From the NCBI RefSeq assembly GCF_009914755.1, contig NC_060943.1: a stretch of DNA of 64,000 nt; one strand, given 5' to 3'. Shown piece by piece: positions 23,787-45,910 of the stretch. Each line of letters begins with the position of its first letter. The first letter of the stretch is position 1. Source of the stretch: the human T2T-CHM13v2.0 reference genome, Homo sapiens. The notes under the pieces were generated by a model. It ran no database searches and was not told where the DNA came from. It was given only the letters and a program-made list of their open reading frames with translations. A program made the translations under genes and the position numbers.

Positions 23787-25212
23787 TGTGTCCCGAATTG
23801 GTGGGTTCCTGGTCTCACTGACTTCAAGAATGAAACTGCGGACCCTCGCGGTGAGTGTTACAGCTCTTAAGGTGGCGCGTCTGGAGTTTGTTCCTTCTGA
23901 TGTTCGGATGTGTTCGGAGTTTTTTCCTTCTGGTGGGTTCGTGGTGTCGCTGGCTCAGAAGTGAAGCTGCAGACCTTGGTGGTGAGTGTTACAGCTCTTA
24001 AGGCGGCGCATCTGGAGTTGTTTGTTCCTCCCAGTGGGCTCGTGGTCTCACTGGCTTCAGGAGTGAAGCTACAGACCTTCGCGGTGAGTATCACAGCTCA
24101 TAAAAGCAGTGTGGACCCAAAGAATGACCAGTAGCAAGATTTATTGCAAAGAGCAAAAGAACAAAGCCGCCACGTCGTGGAAAGGGACCCCAGCCAGCTG
24201 CCACTGCTAGTTCGGGCAGCCTGCTTTTATTCTCTTATCTGGCCCCACCCATGTCCTGCTGATTGGTAGAGCCAAGTGGTCTGTTTTGACAGGGCACTGA
24301 TTGGTGCGTTTACAATCCCTGAGCTAGACACAAAGGTTCTCCACGTCCCCATCAGATTAGTTAGATACAGAGTATCCACACAAAGTTCTCCAACGCCCCA
24401 CCAGAGTAGCTAGATACAGAGTGTTGATTGGTGCATTCACAAACCCTGAGCTAGACACAGGGTGCTGATTGGTGTATTTACAAACCTTGAGCTAGACACA
24501 GAGTGCCCATTGGTGTATTTACAATCCCTGAGCTAGACATAAAGGTTCACATCCCCACCAGCCTCAGGAGCCCAACTGGCTTCACCCAGTGGATCCCGCA
24601 CTGGGGCTGCAGGTGGAGCTGCCTGCCAGTCCCGCGCCATGCACTCGCACTCCTCAGCCCTTGGGTGGTCGATGGGACTAGGCACCGTGGAGCAGGGGGC
24701 GGCGCTCATCCGGGAGGCTCGGGCCGCACAGGAGCCCACCGAGGGGGTGGGAGGCTCAGGCACGGCGGGCCGCAGGTCCCGAGCCCTGCCCCGCGGGAAG
24801 GCAGCTAAGGCCCGGCGAGAAATCGAGCACAGCGCCGGTGGGCTGGCACTGCTGGGGGACCCAGTACACCCTCCGCAGCCGCTGGCCCAGGCGCTAAGCC
24901 CCTCATTGCCCGGGGCCGGCAGGGCCTGCCGGCTGCTCCAAGTGCGGGGCCCGCCAAGCCCACGCCCACCCGGAACTCCAGCTGGCCCGCAAGCGCCGCG
25001 CGCAGCCCGGGTTCCCGCTCTCGCCTCGCCCTCCACACTTCCCTGCAAGCTGAGGGAGCCGGCTCCCGCCTTGGCCAGCCCAGAAAGGGGCTCCCACAGT
25101 GCGGCGGTGGGCTGAAGGGCTCCTCAAGTGCCGCCAGAGTGGGAGCCCAGGCAGAGGAGGCGCGGAGAGCGAGCGAGGGCTGTGAGAACTGCCAGCACGC
25201 TGTTACCTCTCA
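23787..25212 (-). mobile_element. LTR12 (ERV9, LTR12C-like) solo LTR, 1426 bp, inserted into an Alu monomer
   Basis: Minus strand starts TGAGAGGTAACAGCGTGCTGGC and ends AATTCGGGACACA. Tandem CCAAT repeats at 24255-24545; perfect 4-bp TSD CTCC at 23783-23786 and 25213-25216. Confidence 0.95.
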
Positions 25213-25755
25213 CTCCTGCCTTGGCCTCCCTAAGTGCTGTGATTACAGGCATGAGCCACCACACCTGGCCCCTTCTATGCCTCTAGACCTCATGAAATGC
25301 CCTTCCGTGCTATGCCTGTTGAAAGAAAGCCAGTTTCTCGCTTGAGAGAGTGTGTCCCTTCCTCTGCCCTCCCTAACTCCTGTTGTCTCGCCTCTCCCAC
25401 AGTCCTCCTGGGTGCATCCCCGAGTCCTTTCCTTTTACCCACCCTGAGACTCCCACAGCTCTCTCAGTGGAGTCCTCCGCAGAAGTCTGGAGCCTCACCA
25501 GGATGTTGCCTGTCCCCGAGCTCATTTCTGAGTAGAAGGATTTGAAACCCTCAGAAATGACACCCTGAAAAAAGAAACAGAATGCTGCACCCGTGAGACA
25601 CATCCCAGGCCTGGGCTTGTTAGGTCTGTCTGCCAAACCAGGCTGTGCTTTGGGTGTGAGGTGGACAGCTTTGCAAAGCCCACTCCCCCGTGTCAAATCG
25701 TAGTTCCTCCCTCTGGGCTAAAAAGGGAGTGGTCTGAAATTAAGGCACTGGAGGC

Positions 25756-26466
25756 TGTGTTTGTCTGCGCAGGCTGCCATAGCAAAGTGCCACAGACTGG
25801 GTGGCTTAAACAACAGAAATTTATTTTCTTACAATGCTGAAGGCTTGGAAGTCTAAGATCAAGGTGTTGGCAGGTTTGATTTCTTCTGAGGCCTCTCTCC
25901 CTGGCTTGCAGTCCGCCGCCTACTCACTGTGTCCTCACATGTTCTGTTATCTATGCATACACATCCCTTCTGTCTCTCTGTGTCTAAATTTCCTCTTCTT
26001 GGCCAGGCATGGTGGCTCAGGCCTGTAATCCCAGCATTTTGGGAGGCAGCATTTGGGAGGACCACTTGAGGCCAGGAGTTCAAGACCAGCCTGGGCAACA
26101 TAGTGAGACCCTGTCTATACTAAAAATACAAAAATTAGCCAGTTGTGGTGGCACATGCCTGTAGTCCCAGCTACTCAGGAGGCCGAGGCACGAGAATTGC
26201 TTGAACACAGGAGGTGGAGGTCACAGTGAGCCGAGATTGCGCCACTGCACTCCAGCCTGGGCGACAGAGTGAGACTCTGACTCAAAATTAATTAATTAAT
26301 TAAAGACATCAGTCAGTTTGGAATTGGACCCAGCCTCATGACCCTATTTTAACTTTATCACGTCTTTAACAGCCCTATTTCTAAATACAGTCACATTCTG
26401 CGGTACTGGGGGTTAGGGCTTCCACATATGAATTTGGGGGAGGGGGAACATAAGTCAGCCATAACA
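25756..26466 (-). mobile_element. MLT1A/B-type MaLR LTR with an Alu insert
   Basis: ggctgccatagcaaagtgccacagactgggtggcttaaacaacagaaatttatt...cagccataaca. Confidence 0.8.
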
Positions 26467-27085
26467 GAGACAGTCCTTGGTTTTAGGATATTACCAATCC
26501 TTCAGGGTTCTCTGAATAAGAGCAATAACCAGTGGAAGAATAAGTAAATAAGTGTCATGTCTGAAAGCTAGAGACAGGATACAATTAATTTTTAAATGAA
26601 TAGGTACAGGCTGGGTGTGGTGGCTCACACCTGTAAGCCTAGCAGTTTGGGAGGCCGAGGCCAGGAGGATCACTTGAGCTCAGGAGTTTGATACCAGCCT
26701 GGGCAACACAGTGAGACCTTGTCTCTATAAAGAAAAAAATTTTTTTGACCAGGCACAGTGGCTCCTGCCTGTAATCCTAGCACTTTGTGAGGCCAAGGCA
26801 GGCGGATCACCTGGGGTCAGGAGTTCGAGACCAGCCTGGCCAACATGGCAAAACCCCGTCTCTACTAAAAATACAAAAATTAGCCAGGCGTGGTGGCACA
26901 GGCCTGTAATCCCAGCTACTCAGGAGGCTGAGGCAAGAGAATCACTTGAACCAGGGAGGCAGAGGTTGCAGTGAGCCAAAGTTGCAGTGAGCCGAGGTCG
27001 CGCCATTGCACTCCAGCCTGGGCAACAGAATGAGACTCTATCTCAAAAAAATTTTTTTTAATTAAAAAAAAAAGAATACATATGA

Positions 27086-27343
<258 letters not shown>

Positions 27344-27896
27344 TGATCCACCTGCTTCGGTCTCCTAAAGTGCTGGGATTACAGGCGCGAGCCACCACAC
27401 CCAACCAACTAGCTTTTTAACTCAATGAAAGAGAGCAGAGGAGGCCTGGGGTCCACACATCTGGGTCCTTCGCCTGGTTGTGCCACTGTTAAAGGAGAGA
27501 CAGTACGATTTAAAGAGACTGGAAGATAAATAAAAAGGAAGGTTCCAAATTGCAGGAATTAGTATCTCCAAACAGCCTCAATCCTTTTGGAACTGGGAAG
27601 CAGGCCTGAAGGACTGAATGATAAAATTAGTAGTAACTCAGTATAAAGCAGAATATTTCTTTCCAACTCTGAGGACTGTGGTGCACATTTGATGGAAAGA
27701 TGGGAAGAAAATCAAATGCACTAAACTTGTTCCAGGGGCAAGCACAGCAAAGTATCTGCCAAGAAGGGGGGATCCCAAAGAGAAAATTTATCAGCCTCAG
27801 TTTTGCGTGGGGTTAGCCTTGTTCACAAGGAATCCCAGGTATCCTGCCAATAGCATGGGATACATTGTTATGGGACAGATAATGCTAAGTACATAG

Positions 27897-28100
<204 letters not shown>

Positions 28101-28268
28101 TGAGCAGCTGGGACAACAGTCGTGCGCCACCACGCCTGGCTAATTTTTTGTATTTTTTGTAAAGACAGTGTTTCATCATGTTACCCAGGCTGCTCTCAAA
28201 CTCCTGGGCTCAAACAATCCACCCACCTTGGTCTCCTAAAGTGCTGGGATTACTGGTGTGAGCCATCA

Positions 28269-28805
<537 letters not shown>

Positions 28806-28897
28806 TCAGGATTTCCTCTCTCCATGACACATGACAGCTTAGGTCACGTTCAAGTTCCTTTGTTATATGCTCTCATACAATTGCATTCCTCTCCTTC

Positions 28898-29505
<608 letters not shown>

Positions 29506-29539
29506 GCTTCTTTTTTTATTATTATTTTTTAAGCGATGA

Positions 29540-29752
<213 letters not shown>

Positions 29753-30674
29753 TGATCCTCCCACCTTGGCCTCCCAAAGTGCTGGGTTTACAGGCATAAG
29801 CCACGGTGCTCAACCATATTAACATTCTTGCTTGTGTGATGGATGCTATCACTGACGAAACCCTCCCAGGTCTCTGGTAGTGCCATGAATTTCTAATATT
29901 TTCAGACTCAAAGAAATGCCCAGAGTTCAAAGAAGAACACCAGAACCTCATTTGAACTCACCTGCCTGTCCCTAGTGAGGGGCAGTCATCTCAAATACAA
30001 CTGACAATCAAGTTCAAATCTGACACTTTTATCATAGATTTATGAGCTAGCTGGTCCCAGGTGTGCATGGCCCACTTCTCCTTGTCCATGATCAAGACAA
30101 TTTGCTTGGTATTTGCTTTTTATTTTTATTTTTTGAGATAGAGTCTTGGTCTGTCGCCCAGGCTGGAGTGCAGTGGTGCGGTCTAGGCTCACTGCAACAA
30201 AACCTCCACCTCCCAGGTTAAAGCAATTCTCTGCCTCAGCTTCCCAAGTTGCTTGGATTACAGGTGCCTACCACCATGCCTGGCTCATTTTTTCTATTTT
30301 TAGTAGAGACAGGGTTTCACCATCTTGGCCAGGCTGGTCCTGAACTCCTGACCTCATGATCCACCTACCTCAGCCTCCCAAAGTGCTGGGATTATAGCCG
30401 TGAGCCACCGCACCCGGCCTGCTTTTTATTTTTCTACCAAAGACTTCTGTCCTCGGTTTTCTTCTCCCTCCAGCCCTTCTGACCCAGCTGGCCACAGACC
30501 ATGATAGATAAAGTGCAGAAGTCCTCGCTGCCAAGCTGCTTCTCCCTTGTGACTATGTCCATGCTAAGTATTTCTGTCTTAGAATAGAGCTACAAGAATT
30601 ATAGAGGCTGAAGACTCTCATTAACAAACAGCCCTTTGCATTTGACAAGGTGTTACAGAAGAAGAAAGAAGTGA

Positions 30675-30881
<207 letters not shown>

Positions 30882-31094
30882 TGATCTGCCCAGGCTGGTC
30901 TTGAACTCCTGGACTCAAGCAATGCACCTGCCTAGGCCTCCCAAAGTGCTAGGATTACAGGTGTGAGTCACTGCGCCTGGCCAGAAGTGAGTATTCTTGA
31001 TAGCCTCAGGAAATGAAAGATATATTACTGGGCCCATACTCAGCTCGTGGCAAAGCCACCTCCATCAACTGCCCCCATTCCAGCTGGCTGGCTG

Positions 31095-32247
<1,153 letters not shown>

Positions 32248-32539
32248 GCAAGGATGGATTTCTTGCTCAGTTATGAGATCCTTCTTTGTAGCAGGCCATT
32301 ATCCCCATTATCAGCCATCCTTGACTGCTTTTGTCCAGAAGCACACCTCGCAACTTGTCTGAAGTGCAACCTACACCCACCCCAGTAGGAATTGCCCTGG
32401 GACATGACTGAGCTCTTCAGGCCCACGGCAGTGTCAACTGTGAGTCATGTAAAGGAGAAATGTCAAAGAAAAAAAATGAGACAAAAAATAGAGCCAAGGA
32501 AGACTCTGGGGATCTTCCAGGTTGTACAAACCAAAATAG

Positions 32540-32749
<210 letters not shown>

Positions 32750-32800
32750 TAGTAGAGACAGGGTTTCACCGTGTTAGCCAGGATGGTCTCGATCTCCTGA

Positions 32801-33307
<507 letters not shown>

Positions 33308-33769
33308 TGATCTTTGCTGACAGTCAGATCTCCAGGCACGTTCAAAGGCGATTTGTCATATAATGATACATCCATTTCAATCCACTGGTCCAGGAGCTGC
33401 CTTTGGGGCATTAGGACAGCTGGGCCTCACAAGCCACTTCTGTTCTAGCCCACTCCTCAGGGCAGTTGACAGAACACAATGAGAATGTTCCAGCAAAGAA
33501 GTGTATACCTAAAGGTGAGTCACAGGTACTCAAAAGAAAGCAATACTGGTATGCACAAAATGAAAAGCTTCCCGGTAGATATTCCCATACCAGCTTCTTT
33601 TTTGCCCCATCCTCTGGCTTCTAACGGCCTCTTGCATCTTTCCTTGGCCAATTCTTTTCTCTCTCCATGTTTATTGTCTCACCTCTCTTCCTCTCAACCC
33701 CAGTCCTTATTCTCATCTTCTGCTTCAGATTCCTGTCTTCTTTCTTTCTTTTTTTTTTTTTTTTTTTGA

Positions 33770-33928
<159 letters not shown>

Positions 33929-34549
33929 TAGTAGAGATGGGGTTTCTCCATGTTGGCCAGGCTGGTCTCAAACTCCCGACCTCAGGTGGTCTGCCCGCCT
34001 CAGCCTCCGAAAGTGCTGGGATTACAGGCTTGAGCCACTGCGCCCGGCCAATTCCTGTCTGTTTTCAAGAAAAAGGATCCATTCCCTTCTTGATCGTCAT
34101 GTCCATCTTGACTCTTGCATGATCAACACCCTCTGTCCTACCCTGCAATCACCCTACCTCTTCCTCCTCACATTTATTGTCCCTCAGTGACAAATTTCTC
34201 CCCTGTTCTTTGCTTTTCAAAAGCAAGAACTAAGACAAATTTTGAGGCCAGGGGCAGTGGCTCATGCTTGTAATTCCAGCACTTTGCGAGGCTGCTGTGA
34301 GAGAATCGCTTGAGGCTGAGTTCAAGATCAGCCTGAGCAACAGAGTGAGACCCCGTCTCCACAACAACAACAAAAAAGACAGAACAGCCAGGCGTGATGG
34401 CATGCACCTGTGGTCCCAGCTATTCGGGAAGCTAAGATGGGAGGATCACTTGAGCCTGGGGAGGTTGGGGCTGCAGTGAGCCATGATCATGCAACTGAGC
34501 TCTAGCCTGGGCGCTCTAGCCTGCCTCCAAAAAAAAAAAAAAAAATTAA

Positions 34550-35930
<1,381 letters not shown>

Positions 35931-36556
35931 CCAGGAGTCCTTGAAGTAGGAGAACAGAGAACCAAAAAGAGCATGAGAACCAGAGACAGAGTAAAAAGGA
36001 TTCAAAGATGAGCTGTTCTGGAGTTTACCCCCTTACACACTCATCACCTATGGACAACCCACCTTTCAATAGACTTGGATCCTTATAGGCTCCCTGAATG
36101 GAGGCTGGATGAATTGGACACCTTGTGTGGATAAAGCATGAAAGAACTTCCACGTAAAACAAGATGGAACCAAACAGACACAATTGGAAACATCCCTATG
36201 GGCACCAATGGACCTACCTGCACTGTCCCTTAGGTATGGAGTCAGCAAATTCCACTGCAGTATCCCAAGAGTGAACAGGGTTTAGCAGGAGATCCTTTCA
36301 CAGAGAAGAATCCTTCTAGGAAGTGCCCACTGAAACATCCAGTTAATCTAAGATTTAGGCACTGAGAATGGAGCACAGAAATTTTTTTTTTTTTTTTTTG
36401 AGACAGGACCTCACTCTGAAGCCCATACTGGAGTGTAGTGGTACTTACATGGCTCACTGCAGCCTCAACCTCCTGGGCTCAAGCAATCCTCCCATCTCAG
36501 CCTCCTGAGTAGCTGAGACCACAGATATGTACCACCACACCCAATAATTTGTCTGA

Positions 36557-36721
<165 letters not shown>

Positions 36722-36914
36722 TAAATATCTGGAAGTTCCATGGAGCTATACCAGATGTCAGGAAGGGCCTCATTCAGAGTCTCATCTCTTGTTTTTCATG
36801 GTAATTAAAATCTTAAGGTTGGCCGGGCAAGGTGGCTCACACCTGTAATCCCAGCACTTTGGGAGGCTTAGGCAGGCAGATCACAAGGTCAGGGGATCGA
36901 GACCATCCTGGCTA

Positions 36915-37088
<174 letters not shown>

Positions 37089-37091
37089 TCA

Positions 37092-37403
<312 letters not shown>

Positions 37404-38262
37404 TCAGTAATTTACCTCCAGCCCTGCCAAAGCCCAGGAGGAGGCTTAATTGAGGAAGGGATATTTGCAGGCCACAAATCAAAATGACATAAATAATTAT
37501 GAAAAACAGGCTGGGCACAGTGGCTCACGCCTATAATCCCAGAACTTTGGGAGGCTGAGGTGGAGAGATCACTTGAGGTCAGGAGTTCAAGACCAGCCTG
37601 GCCAACATGTATTTTTTGTAGAGATGAGGTCTCACTATGTTGCCCAGGTTGATCGCCAAATACTGGCCTCAAGCAATCCACCCACCTCCCACAGCATTGA
37701 GATTGTAGGTGAGAGCCCCTGCCCCGGCCTCAAATTTCCCCTTTTCATAAGGACACCTGTCATATTGGAGTAGGGACCCACCTTACTCCAGTATCACCTC
37801 ATCTTAACTACACCTGCAACAACCCTATTTCCAAATACAGTCAGAGGCACTGGGAGTTGGCACTTCAACATGTGAATCTGGGGGGTGGGGTACCCACACC
37901 AGGCTCATAGACAAATAGGTTTCAAAATATGTAGATAATTTTCAATTAATCTGAAGACCGTCAAAGAGAAAAATTCTAACAGCTTTCAGAAACTAAACAA
38001 CACCAGACTTGTCAGCAGCAACAACAGATGCAAGAAGACAATGGGGTAGTATTTTGTTCAAAGAATAAAAGGAAAACACTTGGAACTTAGAGAATTTTAT
38101 GTCTAGCAGAACTGTCATTTAAATGTGAGGGTACATAAAGATATTTTCAGATATAAAAAAGTGTCAAAAATTTATCCCGGGCCAGACGTAGTGGCTCAAT
38201 GCCTGTAATTCCAGCACTTTGGAAAGCCAAGGTGGGCGGATCATGAGGTCAGGAGTTCGTCA

Positions 38263-38466
<204 letters not shown>

Positions 38467-39876
38467 CTATCTCAAAAAAAAAAAAAAAGTTTACCCCACA
38501 AAAACCTTCAAAAATAATCCTGGAGGAAGTATTACAGCGAGAAGAGAAACAACTTATGAGACACAGCAAATAATAGTGACTACATTTCTATGATAAATAA
38601 ATAATGCCCCCAAAAGGCATATTTATACAAATCCAAAATCAAAAGTCTAAAAAATATCAATATGGCAGTTTCAGGGCAAAAGGAAGCAGAGGGGAGAATT
38701 TATGGGGTAGAATAAACACAAATTAGTCTGAGCATGTTAGGAATAACTACTATAACTTTTTAAAATTTTTTTAAATTAAATAATTTTCAAATCAGAAGTA
38801 GAAAATAATCAATGTATTCATGGAAGCAAGGAAAGGAGAAAAAAAGAGAGTATGGTAAATAAAAGACTGAAAAGAGTCCAAAAAAAAAAGTCTTTTGTTG
38901 TTGTTGCTGTAGAGATGGGATCTTGATCTGTTGCCCAGGCTGGAGTGCAGTGGCTCAGTCATAGCTCACTGCAAACTTGACCTTCTGGGTTCAAGCAATC
39001 CTCTTACCTCAGCTTCCCAAGGTGCTGGGATTACAGGCATGGGCCACTGCACCTAGCCAGGAAAATGCATTTAAACCTGGGCTTTCAAGAATTTCCTTAG
39101 GGCTGGCCACGGTGGCTCACACCTATAATCCCAACATTTTGGGAGGCCAAAGTGGGAAGATCAGGAGTTCCAGATCAGCCTGGCCAACATGGTGAAACCT
39201 TGTCTCTACTAAAAATACAAAAATTAGCTAGGCGTGGTGGCAGGCTCCTATAATCCCAGCTACTTGGGAGGCCGAGGCAGGAGAATCGCTTGAACCCAGG
39301 AGGGAGATCTCGGTTGCAGTGAGCTGAGATTGTGCCACTGCACTCTAGCCTGGGCAAGATAGCGAGACTCCATCTCAAAAAAAAAAATTCCTCATATAAA
39401 ATCCCAAGGAACATAAGTTGATATTTTAAAAAATCACTAACAGGAAATAAACTACATAAGCAGAAGCAATAAGCCTCAGAATCAGACTCACAAATGGCAC
39501 AGCCACTGGAAGTATGCTGTACAGAATATAAAATAAATACAGTAAATCTTTAAAGAAATTAATGGCAGAGCTTTAAAAATACTGAAGGAAAAGCTGATTA
39601 TTAAAACTGTCAAGGAAGATTTGAAGAGGAAAAACTAAAAATTATATAAGTGAAAACTTTAAAACCCAGTGAACAAATGAAATCGATTACAGCACAGCTA
39701 AAAAGAAAAGAAACTAGGCACATATTGGAAGAAATTATACAGGGTGTGGCCAGGCACAGTGGTTCACACCTGTAATCCCAGCACTTTGAGAGCCTCAGGC
39801 AGGAGGATGACTTGAGCCCAGGAGTTCGAGGCCAGCCTGGGCAACATAGCAAGACCTCGTCTCTACTAAAAATTTA

Positions 39877-40847
<971 letters not shown>

Positions 40848-40957
40848 GCTGCTAGAAAAATGTAGAATATTGTTATGGCTTTGGAGTGAGCAAAGATTCT
40901 TCAACCCAGAAAGCACATATGGTGAAAATGTGACGGGTTTGACTACATGAAATTTAA

Positions 40958-41071
<114 letters not shown>

Positions 41072-41134
41072 TGAGGTCAGAAATGGCGCATGCCTGTAAT
41101 TTCAGCACCAGCCTGGTCAACATGGCGAAACTCA

Positions 41135-41344
<210 letters not shown>

Positions 41345-41861
41345 TTAGTCAAGGGATACAAAATATCAGTTATGCAAGATGAATAAGTTCTAGAGATCTA
41401 ATGTACAATGACACGACTATCGTTAATAAGATTTTATTGTATACTTGAAATTTGTTATAAGGGTAGGTCTTAAGTGTTCTCACCACAAAAAAAAAAAAAA
41501 GCTCCCCAACTCATTGAATAGGGCTAGCATTCCGCCAATGTCAAAACTAGGCAAGAATAACACCAGAAAATTCCATTTATGAAAACAAATGCAGGCCAGG
41601 CACAGTGGCTCATGCCTGTAATCCCAGCACCTTGGGAGGCCAAGGCAGGTGGATTCCTTGAGGCCAGGATTTGGAGACCACTCCGGCCAACATGGCAAAA
41701 CCCCATGTCTACTAAAAATGTAACAATTAGCTGGGCACAGTGGCATGCGCCTATAGTCTCAGCTCTGGAGGCTGAGGTGGGAGAATCGCTTGAACCCAGG
41801 AGGTGGGTGAGCTGAGATATCACCACTGCACTATAGCCTGGATGACACAGCAAGGCTGTCT

Positions 41862-41898
<37 letters not shown>

Positions 41899-42599
41899 TG
41901 CAAAACAACCCTAAATAAAGTATTATTAAATCAAATCCAGCAATGGTGAAAGCAAGAAAGAGGAGATAATCAACATTAATGGATTAAAGGCAGAAAAACC
42001 ATCTGATTGCATAAATAAATGCATAAAAAGCATTTGATAAAATGTAACACCTGCATTTAAAAAAGAAAGAAAGAAAGAAAGAAAGAAAAATCTCTAGCAA
42101 GTTAGGAATAGAACCTGATAAAGGACTTCTACTAGAAATCTACTGAAAGCATCATATTTAATGATGAAACCTTAGGATCATTCCCTTAAATGTCTAGGAC
42201 AAGACAAGAATTGTCCATTAATACCACTGCCATTCAACATTGTATTGGAACTCCTAGCCAAAGAGGAGAGGATTAAGAAAAAAAGCATAGACATCAGATT
42301 TTTTAAAGCTGTAATTTTTTTCTTTTTTCTGGACAACAGGATCATCTAGCTAGAAAATCGAAGAGAATTATCTGTCAAGCTATTCTAGAACAAGCAAGAG
42401 TGAGTTCAACAAGGCAGCCAAATCCAAGATAATTTTTTTTCTTTTTTTTTTTGAGATGGAGTCTCACTCTGTCACCAGGCTGGAGTGCAGTGGCGCAATC
42501 TCGGCTCACTGCAACCTCTGCCACCCGGTTCAAGCGATTCCCCTGCCTCAGCCTCCCGAGCAGCTGGGATTACAGGTGACTGCCACCATGCCCTGACTA

Positions 42600-42881
<282 letters not shown>

Positions 42882-43049
42882 TTACAGGCACCTGCCACCA
42901 CGCCTGGCTAATTTTTGTATTTTTAGTAGAGATGAGGTTTCACCATGTTGTCCAGGCTGGTCTCAAACTCCTGACCTCAGGTGATTTGCCTGCCTCAGCC
43001 TCCCAAAGTGCTGCGATTACAGGTGTGTGAGCCACCGCCCCCACCCTCT

Positions 43050-44370
<1,321 letters not shown>

Positions 44371-44760
44371 TATACTCAGAATGAAGCTGGGGCTCTCTCT
44401 TCCAACAAGCATTTTTGATATGCTCCGAGTGTCCCTGCTAGGTAGCCAGGAGACCAGGTAACCCACTTCCCTCTGACAATGGAACAATTCCCCAAGGACC
44501 CTGAGGGGCAGTTCTCTGGAGTTTGGGCACTAGAGTCCCTCTTATTTCCTCTTCTTCTCTCCTCCCTCTAGACCCCATACCACTCAGGAGAGGCCAAGTA
44601 AAAAGACCCAGAATTTTGCCTCTTACAAGCTTAGAGATCTTGAAGAAGTCACTGAACCTCTGCGGGACCTACTTTCCTCATTCTTTAAATAGAAAGGCAG
44701 TGGGTTTTTTGTTTGTTTGTTTTTTGTTGTTTTTTTTTTTGTTGTTGTTGTTTTTGTTAA

Positions 44761-44964
<204 letters not shown>

Positions 44965-45516
44965 TAAATAGTAGAGACGGGGGTTTCACCATGCTGGCCA
45001 GGCTGGTCACGAACTCCTGGCCTCGTGATCCGCCCGCCTTGGCCTCCCATAGCGCTGAGATTACAGGCGTGAGCCACCGCGCCCGGCCTGGTTGTTAATT
45101 TTTAAAACTGCCTTTCATTTTTGCTTTGCCATTTATAGCTCTGTAGCCTTGCACAAATGACTTCACTTCTCTATGAGTCATCTGTAAAATGGGGCTCTTT
45201 GTGAAGACTTAACGATACCACGTGTACAAAGCACTGAATACAACATGCACATTAAGCTCCCCGAAATTGAAACTCCTATAAAATAGGAATCGGGGATTCT
45301 CAAGAGCAGGAGTTCTGACTTCAGCAGAGGAACCCAGAGCTGGTGGGGAAAGCAGACGTGGCTGTGACATCCCCAGGGACACTAAACACATCCTCCCAGC
45401 CCCATCTTCCCCGCAGAGTCCCGCCACCGGCCCGACCCCTAACTTGCTCCAACCACCCGCCGACGCCCGCAGCCCGCTGTTTGGGGGCCGCCCCCTGCAG
45501 CGCCAGGTCCCCGCGC

Positions 45517-45537
45517 GGACTACAGTTCCCAGCGTAC
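45517..45537 (+). promoter_or_regulatory. ZNF143/THAP11-type ACTACAnnTCCCA motif (distal)
   Basis: GGACTACAGTTCCCAGCGTAC matches the ACTACAnnTCCCAnnnnnC promoter consensus. Confidence 0.7.
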
Positions 45538-45890
45538 ATCTCGGTCGGGGGGTCCGAGGGGCCGTCCTGCCTCAGGGATAAGGTCCAGGCTGCGTTCGCG
45601 GCTCCGGGCAGTCACAGTCATGCACGCAGCTCCTATTTTTCGCGTTGCTAATCGCGTCCGTTGCAGTCCAACCCATCCTGGGCCGCGGCCCCCACAGGGT
45701 CTGTGAGGAGCGCTTCCCCCCGCCCCGGGCGCCCGCTACGCCGCGTCCGAAGGAGGGGCCGAGGCCGGGCTCATCTCCCCGGGAGGACTCCTTCGGCTTC
45801 GTGGGGTGTCATGTCCATTGCGGCCCGAGGCTGGCCGCGGGGCTCTGCTGGAGGGCGCTGAGAGCCGGGCCCCGAGGCCGCACGGCCGGA

Positions 45891-45910
45891 GACTACAACT
45901 CCCAGGAGGC
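45891..45910 (+). promoter_or_regulatory. ZNF143/THAP11-type ACTACAnnTCCCA motif (proximal)
   Basis: GACTACAACTCCCAGGAGGC, about 25-45 bp upstream of the initiator-like site. Confidence 0.75.

Noticed and set aside
24255-24545. CRISPR-like repeat array
   Set aside because: These are the CCAAT-containing tandem repeats of LTR12 in eukaryotic DNA, with no unique spacers or cas genes.
24503-25345. GC-rich ORFs and an apparent CpG-island gene
   Set aside because: They lie within or overlap the LTR12 U3 region; no gene structure is present.
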